NCBI GenBank assembly: GCA_963776345.1
Contig: CAVZMH010000016.1
Coordinates: 96,001-160,000 of the forward strand
Reading direction: 5' to 3'
DNA: 64,000 bases
Source of the DNA: an uncultured delta proteobacterium
Lineage (GTDB): Bacteria; Myxococcota; Myxococcia; Myxococcales; Myxococcaceae
The stretch's first letter is position 1. Every line of letters starts with the position of its first letter. Both the position numbers and the translations under genes were made by a program. Shown one piece after another: positions 1-11,213 of the stretch. Under the pieces are notes generated by a model. It made no database searches. It had not been told where the DNA came from and saw nothing but the letters and a program-made list of their open reading frames with translations.

Positions 1-914
1 ACGGCGGGGGTGTCGGGCCCGCCCAGCTCCTTCACCAGCCGGTCGTACCGGCCGCCGCCGCCCACGGCCGAGGCCGTGCCCAGCACCGGGTCGTCGGAGA
101 GGAACTCGAACGCGGTCCGGGTGTAGTAGTCGAGGCCGCGCACCATCCGCGGGTTCACCCGGAAGGGGATGTCGAGCAGCGTGAGCTGCCGCTGCACCGC
201 CTCGAAGTGGGCCCGCGCCTCGCCCGAGAGCACATCGGTGATGGCCGGGGCGCCCGCCAGCACCGCCTGGCAGCCCGGGTTCTTGCAGTCGAAGACCCGG
301 AGGGTGTTCTTCTCCGTCCGGTCCTGGCACTCGGCGCAGAGCTCGCTCCGGTGCGCGCGGAGGAACGCCCGGAGCGACTCGAGGTACACCTCGCGGGTCT
401 CCGGGTCCCCGAGCGAGTTCAGCTCCACCCGGATCCCCTCCAGCCCCACCCCGCGGAACAGCTGCATCGCCAGATTGATGAGCTCCGTCTCCTGGGCCGG
501 AGTGGACACGCCGTAGGCCTCGGCGCCCACCTGCCAGAACTGGCGGTAGCGGCCAGTCTTCATCCGCTCGTAGCGAAACATCGGCCCGAGGTACCACCAG
601 CGGGTCACCGGCTCGCGCTGGGCCACCGCGTGCTCGACGTAGGCACGCACCATCGGCGCGGTCCCCTCCGGGCGCAGGGACAGGCTCCGTCCCGCCTTGT
701 CCTCGAAGGTGTACATCTCCTTCCCCACGATGTCGGTGGCCTCGCCCACGCTCCGGACGAAGAGCGCGGTGTCCTCGACCAGCGGGGTGCGCGCCTCCTC
801 GTAGCCGAACCGACGGAACGTCTCGCGGGCGGCGGCCTCCAGCGCGTGCCAGACCGAGATGTCCGGCGGAAGGAGGTCGTTCATCCCCTTCACCCCGGAG
901 ATGCGCTGGCTCAC
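1..914 (-). CDS. hisS: Histidyl-tRNA synthetase (5' part; runs off window)
   Basis: GTG at 914: MSQRISGVKGMNDLLPP...KEMYTFEDK...LRPEGTA...GPMFRYERMKTGRYRQFWQ...VRGLDYYTRT...GGGRYD, all HisRS motifs. Confidence 0.96.
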   Translation of the reverse strand, partial: MSQRISGVKGMNDLLPPDISVWHALEAAARETFRRFGYEEARTPLVEDTALFVRSVGEATDIVGKEMYTFEDKAGRSLSLRPEGTAPMVRAYVEHAVAQREPVTRWWYLGPMFRYERMKTGRYRQFWQVGAEAYGVSTPAQETELINLAMQLFRGVGLEGIRVELNSLGDPETREVYLESLRAFLRAHRSELCAECQDRTEKNTLRVFDCKNPGCQAVLAGAPAITDVLSGEARAHFEAVQRQLTLLDIPFRVNPRMVRGLDYYTRTAFEFLSDDPVLGTASAVGGGGRYDRLVKELGGPDTPA

Positions 915-1757
915 GGCGCGCCTCCGATCCGCTGGCCCATGCGGACGGCCGCGCCCGGCCACCAGGCAGTCGTCCCAGACCACGCGGCCCGGCTCGAAGA
1001 GGAGGATGACCGTGGAGCCCATCTCGAAGCGGCCCAGCTCGTCGCCGCGCGCCACCGGCTTCGGCGGCAGGTACGTCCGGAGCCCCGGAGGCTGTCCGGC
1101 GTGGGTCAGCCGGTCGTCGTAGGCGGCGCGGATGCGTCCCACGCAGGTGGCGCCCACCTTCACCACCGCGCAGCGGCCGAAGGGCGTGTCGAGCACCGTC
1201 ACCAGCCGCTCGTTCTGGCAGAACAGCGCGTCCCGGTGGCGCACCGTGGCCGGGTTCACCGGCCAGAGCTCGCCGGGGAGGTAGCGCGACGCGACGACCG
1301 CGCCCTCCACCGGCGCGTGCACGCGGTGGTAGTCCCGCGGCGACAGGTAGAGCGTGGCGTACGTGCCCCCGAGCGCGAACCGCTCGGCCAGCTCCCCGTC
1401 GTCGAGCAGCTGCTCCACCGGGAACTGGATGCCCTTGGCCTGGAGGCAGCTGCCCCGCGACAGGAGGCCCGCCTGGCTCACCACCCCGTCCACCGGCGAG
1501 ACCACCGCGCGCGGGTCCGGGTCCACCGGGCGCGCCCCGGGCCGGAGGCCGCGGCTGAAGAAGTCGCTGAACCGCCCGTAGCCGCCGAAGTCCAGCTCGG
1601 CCTCGGTCATGTCCACCCGGTAGGCACGGGCGAAGGCGCGCATGGCGGCCCGGTGGACGGGCGGGGGCGCCGGCAGGCGGGTGAGCGTCCCCACCGCCCA
1701 GGAGACGGCGGACTTGGGGACGAGGCGCATCAGCGCGAGGAAGGTGCCGTCTTGCAT
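911..1757 (-). CDS. psd: Phosphatidylserine decarboxylase proenzyme (one-base insertion near 960)
   Basis: MQDGTFLALMRLVPK...SPVDG...QAKG...YLSPRDYHRVHAP...NERLV...FEMGSTVILLF (GS autocleavage site). Removing one base near 960 restores ...GAAVRMGQRIGGAP* overlapping the hisS GTG. Confidence 0.93.
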
Positions 1758-1771
1758 CGGGGCTGCCGAAA

Positions 1772-2444
1772 CTAACCCCCGGCGTCGGGCAACGCAGGCG
1801 TCCCGCCATCCAGGAGCACGCGCTGGAGGGCCGTCTTGGGCACCACCCCGAGCACGGTCTGGCCGTCGGCGAGGACCACCGAAGTTCGCCATTCCCGGCA
1901 TCGCCGTGCGACAGCGGTTCGAGTCGATCATCGCGAAGGAGTCGCGGGTCCCCCTGCCGGTCACCTCCACCGGGCCTGCCGGCTCGAAGCAGTCCCCGAA
2001 CAGCCGGTTGAAGTCGCGCACGCTCATCCCCGCGCTGGGGGCCGACGGGGGCCCGGCGTCCGGCGGCGCGGGAGGCCTCGGGCCGGCGGGTGCCGGCGGG
2101 ACCGGCGGCGGGCTCACCGACTGGCCGGAGAAGGTGGGGGCAGTCCGGGCCTCGGCCAGGGCCTTCTCCCGGTCCTTCGAGGTCTGCTCGAGCCGCGTCC
2201 GGTTCTCCCGGATGCGCGCCAGGAGCTTGGTGGCGGCCTGGGAGTCGAGCGAGTCGGCCGGGACGCGCTCCAGCAGCGCCTCCACCTCGCGCATCGCCGG
2301 GTCGACGTAGGCGTCGTCGAGCTCCTTGGCGTACAGCTTGTTGAAGCGCTCGGAGGCACGGGTGTACTCGGGCGAGGGCTCCTTGCGCGCGCATCCGGCG
2401 ACGACGGCCAGCAGCAGCACCACGGCGATCGAGCGAGGCGTCAC
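1772..2444 (-). CDS. Hypothetical lipoprotein with Pro-rich linker (one-base insertion near 1885)
   Basis: VTPRSIAVVLLLAVVAGC lipobox, then helical region, PPPVPPAPAGP linker and DAG motif. Corrected frame ends at TAG 1772. Confidence 0.7.
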
Positions 2445-2447
2445 GGG

Positions 2448-3179
2448 TCAGACCCCCAGGAAGAGGCGGCGGCCGAAGTTCGGCGCCAGCTCGGCCTCGA
2501 AGATTCTCCGGGCGGCGCCCTCGATGTCGTACTCGACGCGGATGTACTCGACCGTCCGGGCGGTGGTGTCACAGACCACGAAGCAGGCGCGGTTGTCGTA
2601 GTCGCGGGGCTGGCCCACGCTCCCCACCGAGATGAGGTACTGGTAGCCGCGGCGGAAAGCGAACTTCTGCGCCACCACGTCGTTGACCTCGCCGTTGCCC
2701 AGGGCGAAGGCCTTGCAGAGGTGGCTGTGGCCGATGAAGGTCACCTCGGCCAGGTCCTCCATCGCCGGCACCAGCTCCCGGGCCTGCTCCAGGGCGAAGA
2801 CGTACTCGTAGGCGCGCGGGTCCACCGGCGAGCCGTGGCTGAAGCCGATCTCCCCCACCCGGTAGGTGTAGGGGAGGCTCCGGAGCCAGGCGTGGTTCTC
2901 CTCGCTGAGCACCTCGGCCGACCAGTCCAGGGCGTGGCGGGCGCCCTCGTAATAGAACGAGTAGTCCATCCGGCCGGCCACGGCGGCGTCATGGTTCCCG
3001 AGCAGGGTGACCTCGGCCACGCTCCGCACCAGGTCGCAGCAGGCGTTGGGCGAGGCGCCGTAGCCGACGATGTCCCCGAGCGACACCACCCGGTCCACCT
3101 TCTGGGCCTCGACCGTGCGCAGCACCTCGGTCAGGGCCTCGAGGTTGGAGTGGATGTCAGAGATGACGGCGAAGCGCAT
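2448..3179 (-). CDS. Calcineurin-like metallophosphoesterase (YfcE/MJ0936 type)
   Basis: [26 protein letters not shown] and GSVGQPRD motifs. Confidence 0.92.
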   Translation of the reverse strand: MRFAVISDIHSNLEALTEVLRTVEAQKVDRVVSLGDIVGYGASPNACCDLVRSVAEVTLLGNHDAAVAGRMDYSFYYEGARHALDWSAEVLSEENHAWLRSLPYTYRVGEIGFSHGSPVDPRAYEYVFALEQARELVPAMEDLAEVTFIGHSHLCKAFALGNGEVNDVVAQKFAFRRGYQYLISVGSVGQPRDYDNRACFVVCDTTARTVEYIRVEYDIEGAARRIFEAELAPNFGRRLFLGV

Positions 3180-3250
3180 CGGCCTCCGTGGTGCACCGCC
3201 GAGATTACACGACCTTGCCCACCCGGGGGCCTCCATGCTTTGGGGCGGCC

Positions 3251-4213
3251 ATGCGCATCGTCGTCACCGGGTCCCTGGCCTACGACTACCTCATGACCTT
3301 CCCCGGGAGGTTCCGGGAGCACTTCCTCTCCGAGCGGATGCACCGGCTGACGGTGAGCTTCCTGGTGGACGACATGCGCCGGCTCCGCGGCGGCGTGGCG
3401 GGCAACATCGCCTGGACCCTGGCCCTGCTCGGCGGCCGGCCCCTCCTGGTGGCCACCGCCGGCGAGGACTTCGCCGAGTACCGGGGAGCGCTCGACCGGG
3501 CCGGCGTGGACACCTCGGGGGTGACGGTGATCCCGGGTGAGTTCACCGCCTCCTGCTTCATCAACACCGACCTCGACGCGAGCCAGATCGTCGCCTTCTA
3601 CGCCGGGGCGCTCTCCCACGGGCACCGCCTGGAGCTCGGCGGGCTGGGGCTCGGGCCCGGAGACCTGGTGGTGATCAGCCCCACCGACCCGGAGTCGATG
3701 CTCAAGGCCGTCGAGGCCTGCCGCGCGGCGCGCGTTCCCTACCTCTTCGACCCCGGAAAGCAGACGCCCCGGCTCGAGTCCCGGCAGATCCTCGACGGGA
3801 TGGAGTCGGCCGCGGCGGTCATCGGGAACGACTACGAGTTCGCCCTCATGTCCCAGAAGACGGCGAAGAGCGAGGCGGTGCTCCAGTCCATCGCCCCGGT
3901 GACGGTGGTGACCCGCGGCGAGCAGGGGTCGACGGTGCTGGAGCGCGGGAGGTCGCCGGTGGACGTGCCGGTGGCGCCGATCTCGTCCCTGGTCGACCCC
4001 ACCGGGGCCGGGGACGCCTACCTGGGAGGGCTGGTGTACGGGATGGCCCGGGGGCTGCCCTGGCCGGTGGCGGGGCGCATCGGCGCGGTGGCCGCGGCCT
4101 ACGCCATCGAGGTGCGCGGCTGTCAGGAGCACCGCTACACCAAGGGGGAGTTCGTCGCCCGGTACCGCGCCGCCTTCGGAAGCTCGGACGAGGTCGCCGC
4201 GGCGCTGGGCTGA
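3251..4213 (+). CDS. PfkB-family kinase, adenosine kinase-like
   Basis: GSLAYD, GGVAGNIA, NDYE and DPTGAGDAY PfkB signature. Confidence 0.9.
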   Translation: MRIVVTGSLAYDYLMTFPGRFREHFLSERMHRLTVSFLVDDMRRLRGGVAGNIAWTLALLGGRPLLVATAGEDFAEYRGALDRAGVDTSGVTVIPGEFTASCFINTDLDASQIVAFYAGALSHGHRLELGGLGLGPGDLVVISPTDPESMLKAVEACRAARVPYLFDPGKQTPRLESRQILDGMESAAAVIGNDYEFALMSQKTAKSEAVLQSIAPVTVVTRGEQGSTVLERGRSPVDVPVAPISSLVDPTGAGDAYLGGLVYGMARGLPWPVAGRIGAVAAAYAIEVRGCQEHRYTKGEFVARYRAAFGSSDEVAAALG

Positions 4214-4229
4214 GCCCTGGCTCCGCCAC

Positions 4230-5756
4230 TCACCGCACCGTGCCGGCGGGGATCACCGGGATGAGCGCCTTGAAGTCGTCGTCGGTGAAGACGATGCCCG
4301 CCCCGAGGAAGAAGTCCCGGCCGGCCAGCACCCGGTTGTCGAGCTGGCTGTAGATGGGCGGGTTGAAGATGTCGTCCACGCCGGCGTTCACGTACAGGTG
4401 CTGGAGGAAGGTCAGCTGGAGGCTGGTGCGCACCCGCGGCCAGCGGAGCCGCTGGTTCGCGAAGTCGAAGATGTCGGTCTTCAGCGTCAGCTGGTCCCTC
4501 CAGAAGTGGAGGTCCACCCCCACCCCGCCCGTGCTCTCGATGATCCCGAAGCGGAAGGTGGCCCAGTAGAAGCGCTTGGCGAACTCAGCCGAGAACTTGA
4601 GCGAGTTGATGCTGGTCACCGTGCGCTTCTGGAGCGCCGGGTCGCCCTGCGAGGGGGGGTTGGTCTGGATGTACTCGGTCGTCTCGACGCCGCGCGGGTC
4701 GCTGATCAGCGAGATGATGTAGTACTTGTCCGGCCGGGCGATGATCCGGATGGTGGCGTCGATCTTCGCCGCCCCGGCGTTGAAGAGGTAGTCGGTGTGG
4801 ATGTTGGCCTCGAGCTTGAGGCCCACCAGCCGCTGGGCGTAGTTGGAGACGTCCTCGATGGTCTCCCCCACCTGGCGGCCGAGCTTCTCGTCGGAGACGA
4901 GCTGCCCCACCGCGCCCCGGCCGTCGCGGACGCTCTCGGTGACCGTCTGGAGGTTCCCCAGCGTGGCGTCGAGCTTCTGCAGCGAGGTCCCGATGGAGGA
5001 GAGCTGCTGGGCCCCGCCGTCGGTCGACAGGTTCGCCTGCACGTCCGCCACCATCCGCCGGACGTCGCCGGTGAGGACCCGGACGTTCTCCACGATCTCC
5101 CGGAAGCTGGAGGACTCGCCCTCGGTGGCGCTGCGCATCGACGCGGTGACGTCGCGCACGTTGTCCAGGATCGCCTCGATGTTCTCGCTCGAGCGCTGGG
5201 CGGTGTCGTTGACCGACTGCGACAGCTCGGTGAGGTTCCGGACGATGGTCTGGAGCGACTGCGTCCCGGCGTCGCCGCCCAGCGCCTCGCGCAGCGAGGC
5301 GGTCACCGACTGGATGTCGAGGGTGATCTTCCCCAGCGTGTCGAACAGCGCCTGGAGGCCCTGCTGGTCGATGACGTGGGTGATCTCCCCGCCGTCCGGC
5401 ATCGGCGGCGCGCCGGGCGAGCCGACCTGGAGGTCCAGGAGGTAATCGCCGAGGAACGACTCGGTGCGCTTGATGAGCGTGGCATCGGTCCGCAGCCCGA
5501 TGTCCTTCCGCAGCCGGAGTGTCACCCGGGCCCGGGTGCCCACCAGGGCGATCTCCCGGATCTCTCCGACCGCGATGCCGGCCACCTGCACCCGGCTCCG
5601 GTTCCCGAGGCCCGAGGCGTCGCGGAACATCGCGTAGACGGTGATGGTGTCCGCCCCCATCGTCCCCCGGCGCACGAAGATCAGGGCGGCGATCAGGAAT
5701 CCGACCGCGGCGAGCACCAGGAGCCCGACCCGAAACGGCGTGGCGAACGTCTTCAA
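4230..5756 (-). CDS. mlaD: Long MCE-domain protein MlaD (TM, MCE, helical stalk, C-terminal beta-rich region)
   Basis: N-terminal TM; MCE motif FRDASGL...VQVAGIAVGEI; long amphipathic helices; beta-strand-like C-terminus. In operon with mlaF and mlaE. Confidence 0.88.
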   Translation of the reverse strand: MKTFATPFRVGLLVLAAVGFLIAALIFVRRGTMGADTITVYAMFRDASGLGNRSRVQVAGIAVGEIREIALVGTRARVTLRLRKDIGLRTDATLIKRTESFLGDYLLDLQVGSPGAPPMPDGGEITHVIDQQGLQALFDTLGKITLDIQSVTASLREALGGDAGTQSLQTIVRNLTELSQSVNDTAQRSSENIEAILDNVRDVTASMRSATEGESSSFREIVENVRVLTGDVRRMVADVQANLSTDGGAQQLSSIGTSLQKLDATLGNLQTVTESVRDGRGAVGQLVSDEKLGRQVGETIEDVSNYAQRLVGLKLEANIHTDYLFNAGAAKIDATIRIIARPDKYYIISLISDPRGVETTEYIQTNPPSQGDPALQKRTVTSINSLKFSAEFAKRFYWATFRFGIIESTGGVGVDLHFWRDQLTLKTDIFDFANQRLRWPRVRTSLQLTFLQHLYVNAGVDDIFNPPIYSQLDNRVLAGRDFFLGAGIVFTDDDFKALIPVIPAGTVR

Positions 5757-5803
5757 GTCCCGTCTGCTCCGAGGCCGGCCAGAGGCGCCAGCTTACCCGG
5801 CCC

Positions 5804-6563
5804 TCACGACTTGCCGAACCACATCTGCAGGAAGTGCTTCAGCTCCGGGTGCTGGCTGTGCCGCAGCTCCTGGGGCGGCCCCTCGGCCACGATCTGCCCC
5901 TTGAAGAGGAAGGCCACCTTGTCCGCCACCTTGAAGGAGGAGGCGATGTCGTGGCTGATGACCACGCTGGTCACCTGGAGCTCCCGCTTGGCGGTGAGGA
6001 TCATGTCGTCCACGTAGTCGGTGGTGATGGGGTCCAGGCCCGGTGGTGGGCTCGTCGTAGAGGACGATCTTCGGATCGAGGACGATGGCCCGGGCCAGCC
6101 CCACCCGCTTCCGCATGCCCCCGGACAGCTCGGCCGGGTAGAGCTGCTCCACGTTTCCCAGCCCGACGATGGCCAGCTTCTCGCGCACCTTGGCCCGGAT
6201 CTCCTCCTCCGACATGTCCGAGTGCTCGCGCAGCGCGAAGCTCACGTTCTCGTAGACGGTCATCGAGTCGAAGAGCGCCGCGCCCTGGAACACCATCCCG
6301 AACTTGCGGCGCACCACCTCCAGGGCGCGCTCGTCCATGGGGACGATGTCCTCGCCGTCCACCACCACCCGCCCCCGGTCGGGCTTGAGCAGGCCGATCA
6401 TGTGCTTGATCAGCACCGTCTTCCCCGACCCCGAGCCGCCGAGGATGACGCAGGTGCTCCCCTCCTCGATGTCGAGGTTGATGCCGGCCAGCACCTGGTT
6501 GGACCCGAAGGCCTTCCAGAGGTCCTGGACCGAGATCATCGGAGGCTTGGTCGTGGCGGTCAT
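5804..6563 (-). CDS. mlaF: ABC ATPase MlaF (one-base insertion near 6040)
   Basis: Walker A GGSGSGKT, LSGGMRKRVGLARA, YDEPTTG then shifted LDPITTDYVDDMI...SHD. Confidence 0.92.
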
Positions 6564-7375
6564 GGGTGGAACAGGAGCCCCATGAAGTAGTCCTCGATGA
6601 AGATGGCCACCGCGGCGTCCACCATGGCGCGGGTGGTGGCCTGACCGACTCCCTTCGCGCCCCCGCGGGCGTTGTAGCCCCGGTAGCACGCGATGAGGGT
6701 CACCGTGAAGCCGAAGACGGCGCCCTTCGCCAGGCCCTCCCAGATGTCGTCCGGGGCCAGGAGATTCTGAGTCCGGAGGATGAAGGTGCCCACCGACAGC
6801 CCCTTCAGCGTCACGGCGACGAAGAAGCCCCCGCTGAGGCCCGCGGTGTCGAAGATCATGGTGAGCAGCGGCACCATGAACAGGCCCGCCAGCACCCGGG
6901 GGACCAGCAGGTATTGCACCGGGTTGACGGCCATGGTCTCCAGCGCGTCCACCTGCTCGGTCACCCGCATCGTGCCGAGCTCGGTGCACATGGCGGAGCA
7001 GGCCCTCATGGTGACCATCAGGGCGCTGAACACCGGGGCCAGCTCGCGGGTGACGGTGAGGGCCACCGTCGGCCCCACCAGGCTCTCCGCGCCGAAGAGC
7101 TCGAACGCGCTCCACGACTGGGTGGCGAACACCATCCCGGAGAAGGTCCCGGTGAGGGCCACCAGGACGATGGAGCCCACCCCCACGAAGTCGAACTGGG
7201 CGAAGATGTTCTGCAGCCGGAGCGGCGGCCGGATCGTCCAGGCGACGATGGAGACCGCGAGCGAGAAGAGCCCGCCCAGGGTCTGGAAGATCCCCAGGAC
7301 GCCGTTGCCCACGCCCTCGACGAGGCCTATGAGCGGGTTCCTCCTGGGCGCGGACTCGAGGTCGGAGGTGGTCAT
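6560..7375 (-). CDS. mlaE: ABC permease MlaE
   Basis: RELAPV, ELGTMRVTEQVDALETMAVNPVQYLLVPR, GVGQATT. Confidence 0.95.
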   Translation of the reverse strand: MTTSDLESAPRRNPLIGLVEGVGNGVLGIFQTLGGLFSLAVSIVAWTIRPPLRLQNIFAQFDFVGVGSIVLVALTGTFSGMVFATQSWSAFELFGAESLVGPTVALTVTRELAPVFSALMVTMRACSAMCTELGTMRVTEQVDALETMAVNPVQYLLVPRVLAGLFMVPLLTMIFDTAGLSGGFFVAVTLKGLSVGTFILRTQNLLAPDDIWEGLAKGAVFGFTVTLIACYRGYNARGGAKGVGQATTRAMVDAAVAIFIEDYFMGLLFHP

Positions 7376-7432
7376 CGGGCGGCGCGGGGCATCCTAGGGC
7401 ACGCCGCCCACCCCGGCACCCCCACGGAGGGG

Positions 7433-8563
<1,131 letters not shown>

Positions 8564-8712
8564 CGGTCGCGTTCTCCCGGGGAGGATGGCTGCGGGGTCG
8601 ATGCCGGAGGCTACTCTTCCTCGCGGACCGGAGGGGCGCTCTGCACGACCGAGGCCACCCGGACGGGCGCCCGGCGCGGTCACCCCAGCGGACAGACGAG
8701 GACGACACGACA

Positions 8713-9189
8713 ATGGCGACGCAACGGGTCGGCGGCGAGGTCGATGCCACGTGCACGCGCTGCAAGATGGAGCTGGCGCACACCATCCTGGCGATGGTCG
8801 GACCGAAGGTCGCCCGCGTGCGCTGCAACACGTGCGGGAGCGACCACGTGTACCGGGGAACTCAGACCGCCTCCCGGACGGCGGCCGCCCGGCCACGCGC
8901 CGCCCCCGCGGAGAAGACGCTGGTCGGCTGGGAGGCCCAGCTCGCCGCGCTCGACGTCGGGAGCGCGCAGGACTACCGCCCGGAGCAGCATTACGCGGTG
9001 GACCAGGTGGTCCGTCACCCCACCTTCGGCCTGGGCATCGTCCGCGCGGTGAGGCAGGACAAGATGGACGTGGCCTTCAAGACCGCCGAGCGCACCCTGG
9101 TGCAGGGTCGGGGCAGCGGCACCGCTCGCCCCACCTTCGCCCCACCCCAGCGCCCCGCCGAGGCGCCGGAGGGCGGCGACGAACGCTGA
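8713..9189 (+). CDS. Zinc-ribbon protein with C-terminal Tudor/SH3-like domain
   Basis: CTRC...CNTC, then YAVDQVVRHPTFGLGIV...VAF resembling the PcrA/UvrD C-terminal domain. Confidence 0.75.
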   Translation: MATQRVGGEVDATCTRCKMELAHTILAMVGPKVARVRCNTCGSDHVYRGTQTASRTAAARPRAAPAEKTLVGWEAQLAALDVGSAQDYRPEQHYAVDQVVRHPTFGLGIVRAVRQDKMDVAFKTAERTLVQGRGSGTARPTFAPPQRPAEAPEGGDER

Positions 9190-9228
9190 ACGGCCGGGAA
9201 AGGCTGCTAGCCTCGGGCGCGACGCCAC

Positions 9229-10563
9229 GTGCGCCCCGCTCTCCTCCCCGCGCTCCTGACCCTCGCCATCCTCACCCCTGCGCGGGCCGCGCCGGTGGTG
9301 GAGGCCGAGCCGTCCCGCCTGGTGCTCGGCCCCCGCGCGCGGGCGGAGATCACCGTCCGCAACGCCGGCCCCGGGCTCCGGGGGGCCGTCTCCATCGGCA
9401 CGCTCACCCCCGGCACGTCGGGCGGGGACTTCGCCCGCTTCCTCTGGACGCCTCCGGCCGACGCCCGCGCCCCGACGCTGGTGCTCTTCGCCTTCTGGAG
9501 CGGCGAGACCCCGACGCTCTCCGACATCACCGTCCTCAGCCTCCCCTGCGCCGGGCGGACCGAGCTCTCCATCGAGACCGAGCCGAGCGCCCAGGTCACG
9601 GTGGAGGTGGCGGGCGCACGCTTCGGTCCCCGGCGGGCCGACCGGCAGGGCAGGCTGAAGCTGCCGGTCGAGGTGGGCCCGCACGCCCACGAGGCGCGGG
9701 TCATCGCCGAGCTCTCCGACCAGAGCAAGATCCGCGTCCTGCCGCTGACCCTCCCTCCCTCCCCCTGGCTGCTCGCGCTCAGCCCGGAGAGCAGCGCCGA
9801 GGGCGCGCCGGTGCACGCGCTCCTGGTGGTGCCCGACACCGAGGAGTCCCCGGGCACCGAGCTGGTGGCCGACGGAGCGCGGATCGAGCGCGAGCAGGAG
9901 ATGGGCCGCAGGCTCCTCCTGCGCGTCACCCCGGAGAGCTCGCGGAGCACGGTCACGCTGGCCGCGCGCACCCTTGACGGGTCGGTCCGGGCCGAGACCA
10001 CGCTGGACGTCGTCCGCGCGGTGCCGTCGCCTCCGGTCGCCGCTAGACCCCCGGCGCCGCCTCCCGGGCGCTGGGTGCTGGGCGGGGCCATCGGAGGCTA
10101 CGCCGGCGGCGGCTCCAACGCCGGCCCCCAGGGCGCGCTCACCGTCGGTGTCGGCCTCACCGGGCTCCCGCTGGTCCTCGAGCTGGAGCTCGGCCTCCGG
10201 GCGCAGTCGATGAGCACCCAGGTCGGCACGCTCGGGGTCCAGCAGTCCTCGCTCCTGGTCTTCCCCCTCGAGGTGGCCGCCCGGTGGGAGGCGATGGCCG
10301 TGGGAATCTTCCGGCTGGGAGTCCGCGGCGGCGGTGGGCTCCTCTTCGGCAGCCACCACCTGTCGAGCACCTTCGACGCCGAGCTGACCGAGGGCGCGCT
10401 CGGGTGGGAGCTCTTCGGCGCCGTGCAGGCCGGCCTCCAGCTCGGCACCGTCGAGCCCTTCCTCGAGGTGCGCGCCGCGCTCTCCAAGGTCAGCACCGAC
10501 CACCTCGAGGCCCGTCCCGGGGGCGGCATCTTCTCGATCGGGGTGCGGGGGACGTTCCAGTGA
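9229..10563 (+). CDS. Exported protein, Ig-like N-terminus and probable C-terminal outer-membrane beta-barrel
   Basis: Signal peptide ending ARA-A, Pro linker, alternating Gly/hydrophobic strands ending GVRGTFQ. Confidence 0.7.
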   Translation: MRPALLPALLTLAILTPARAAPVVEAEPSRLVLGPRARAEITVRNAGPGLRGAVSIGTLTPGTSGGDFARFLWTPPADARAPTLVLFAFWSGETPTLSDITVLSLPCAGRTELSIETEPSAQVTVEVAGARFGPRRADRQGRLKLPVEVGPHAHEARVIAELSDQSKIRVLPLTLPPSPWLLALSPESSAEGAPVHALLVVPDTEESPGTELVADGARIEREQEMGRRLLLRVTPESSRSTVTLAARTLDGSVRAETTLDVVRAVPSPPVAARPPAPPPGRWVLGGAIGGYAGGGSNAGPQGALTVGVGLTGLPLVLELELGLRAQSMSTQVGTLGVQQSSLLVFPLEVAARWEAMAVGIFRLGVRGGGGLLFGSHHLSSTFDAELTEGALGWELFGAVQAGLQLGTVEPFLEVRAALSKVSTDHLEARPGGGIFSIGVRGTFQ

Positions 10564-11213
10564 GACGACCGGCCCTCGCGCTCCTGGCCCTGGCCCTTGG
10601 CGGCTGCTCCGGCGCCACCCTGCCCGCCCCGAGCGTCGTCTCGGTCGATCCGGCCGCGCGCCCGGCCTCGAGCAGCGGTCCGGTGACGGTGACCCTCGAT
10701 GCCGTGCTGCCGACGCTCGTCGACTACGGCGCCGGCACGGCCACGGTGGACGACCGGCTCACCCTGAAGATCGGCCCGCGCCCCTTCGGGCCGGCCCGGT
10801 GGTCGGACGCCGGCGTGGTGACGGACTTCCTGCCCACGGTCCTCCCCGAGGGCAGCTACGACGTGACGGTGGAGCTCGGCGACGGGCGCGCGGCCACCGC
10901 GAGCGACGCGTTCCGGGTGACGGCCGGCGACTGGCCGGTGGGCTACACGGTGGACACCATCCCCAGCACAGTGATCGGGCGTCCCCTTCGGCGTCACCCT
11001 CCGCGCCCAGGGCGCGCCCGACGGCGGCTACGGCGGCACGGTGAACCTCTCGGTCGCCGGGGCGCAGCTGACGCCGACCCTCTCCGGGCCGTTCGTCGCG
11101 GGGGTGCGGGTGGAGGTCATCACGGTCACGGCGACCAGGCGGGCGACTACCAGCTGGTGGTCTCCGACCTGCTCGGTCACCCCGGGACGTCGCTGCCCTT
11201 CCACGTCCGCTGA
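10560..11213 (+). CDS. Lipoprotein with IPT/TIG-like Ig folds (two apparent indels near 10970 and 11140)
   Basis: VRRPALALLALALGGC lipobox; PSVVSVDP and LPEGSYDVTV motifs; GTG overlaps the upstream stop. Confidence 0.65.
   Translation: MRRPALALLALALGGCSGATLPAPSVVSVDPAARPASSSGPVTVTLDAVLPTLVDYGAGTATVDDRLTLKIGPRPFGPARWSDAGVVTDFLPTVLPEGSYDVTVELGDGRAATASDAFRVTAGDWPVGYTVDTIPSTVIGRPLRRHPPRPGRARRRLRRHGEPLGRRGAADADPLRAVRRGGAGGGHHGHGDQAGDYQLVVSDLLGHPGTSLPFHVR

Noticed and set aside
1..2444. Apparent single ORF fusing lipoprotein, Psd and HisS
   Set aside because: Two one-base insertions (near 1885 and 960) explain it; removing them restores sensible C-termini, stops and the TGA/GTG overlap.
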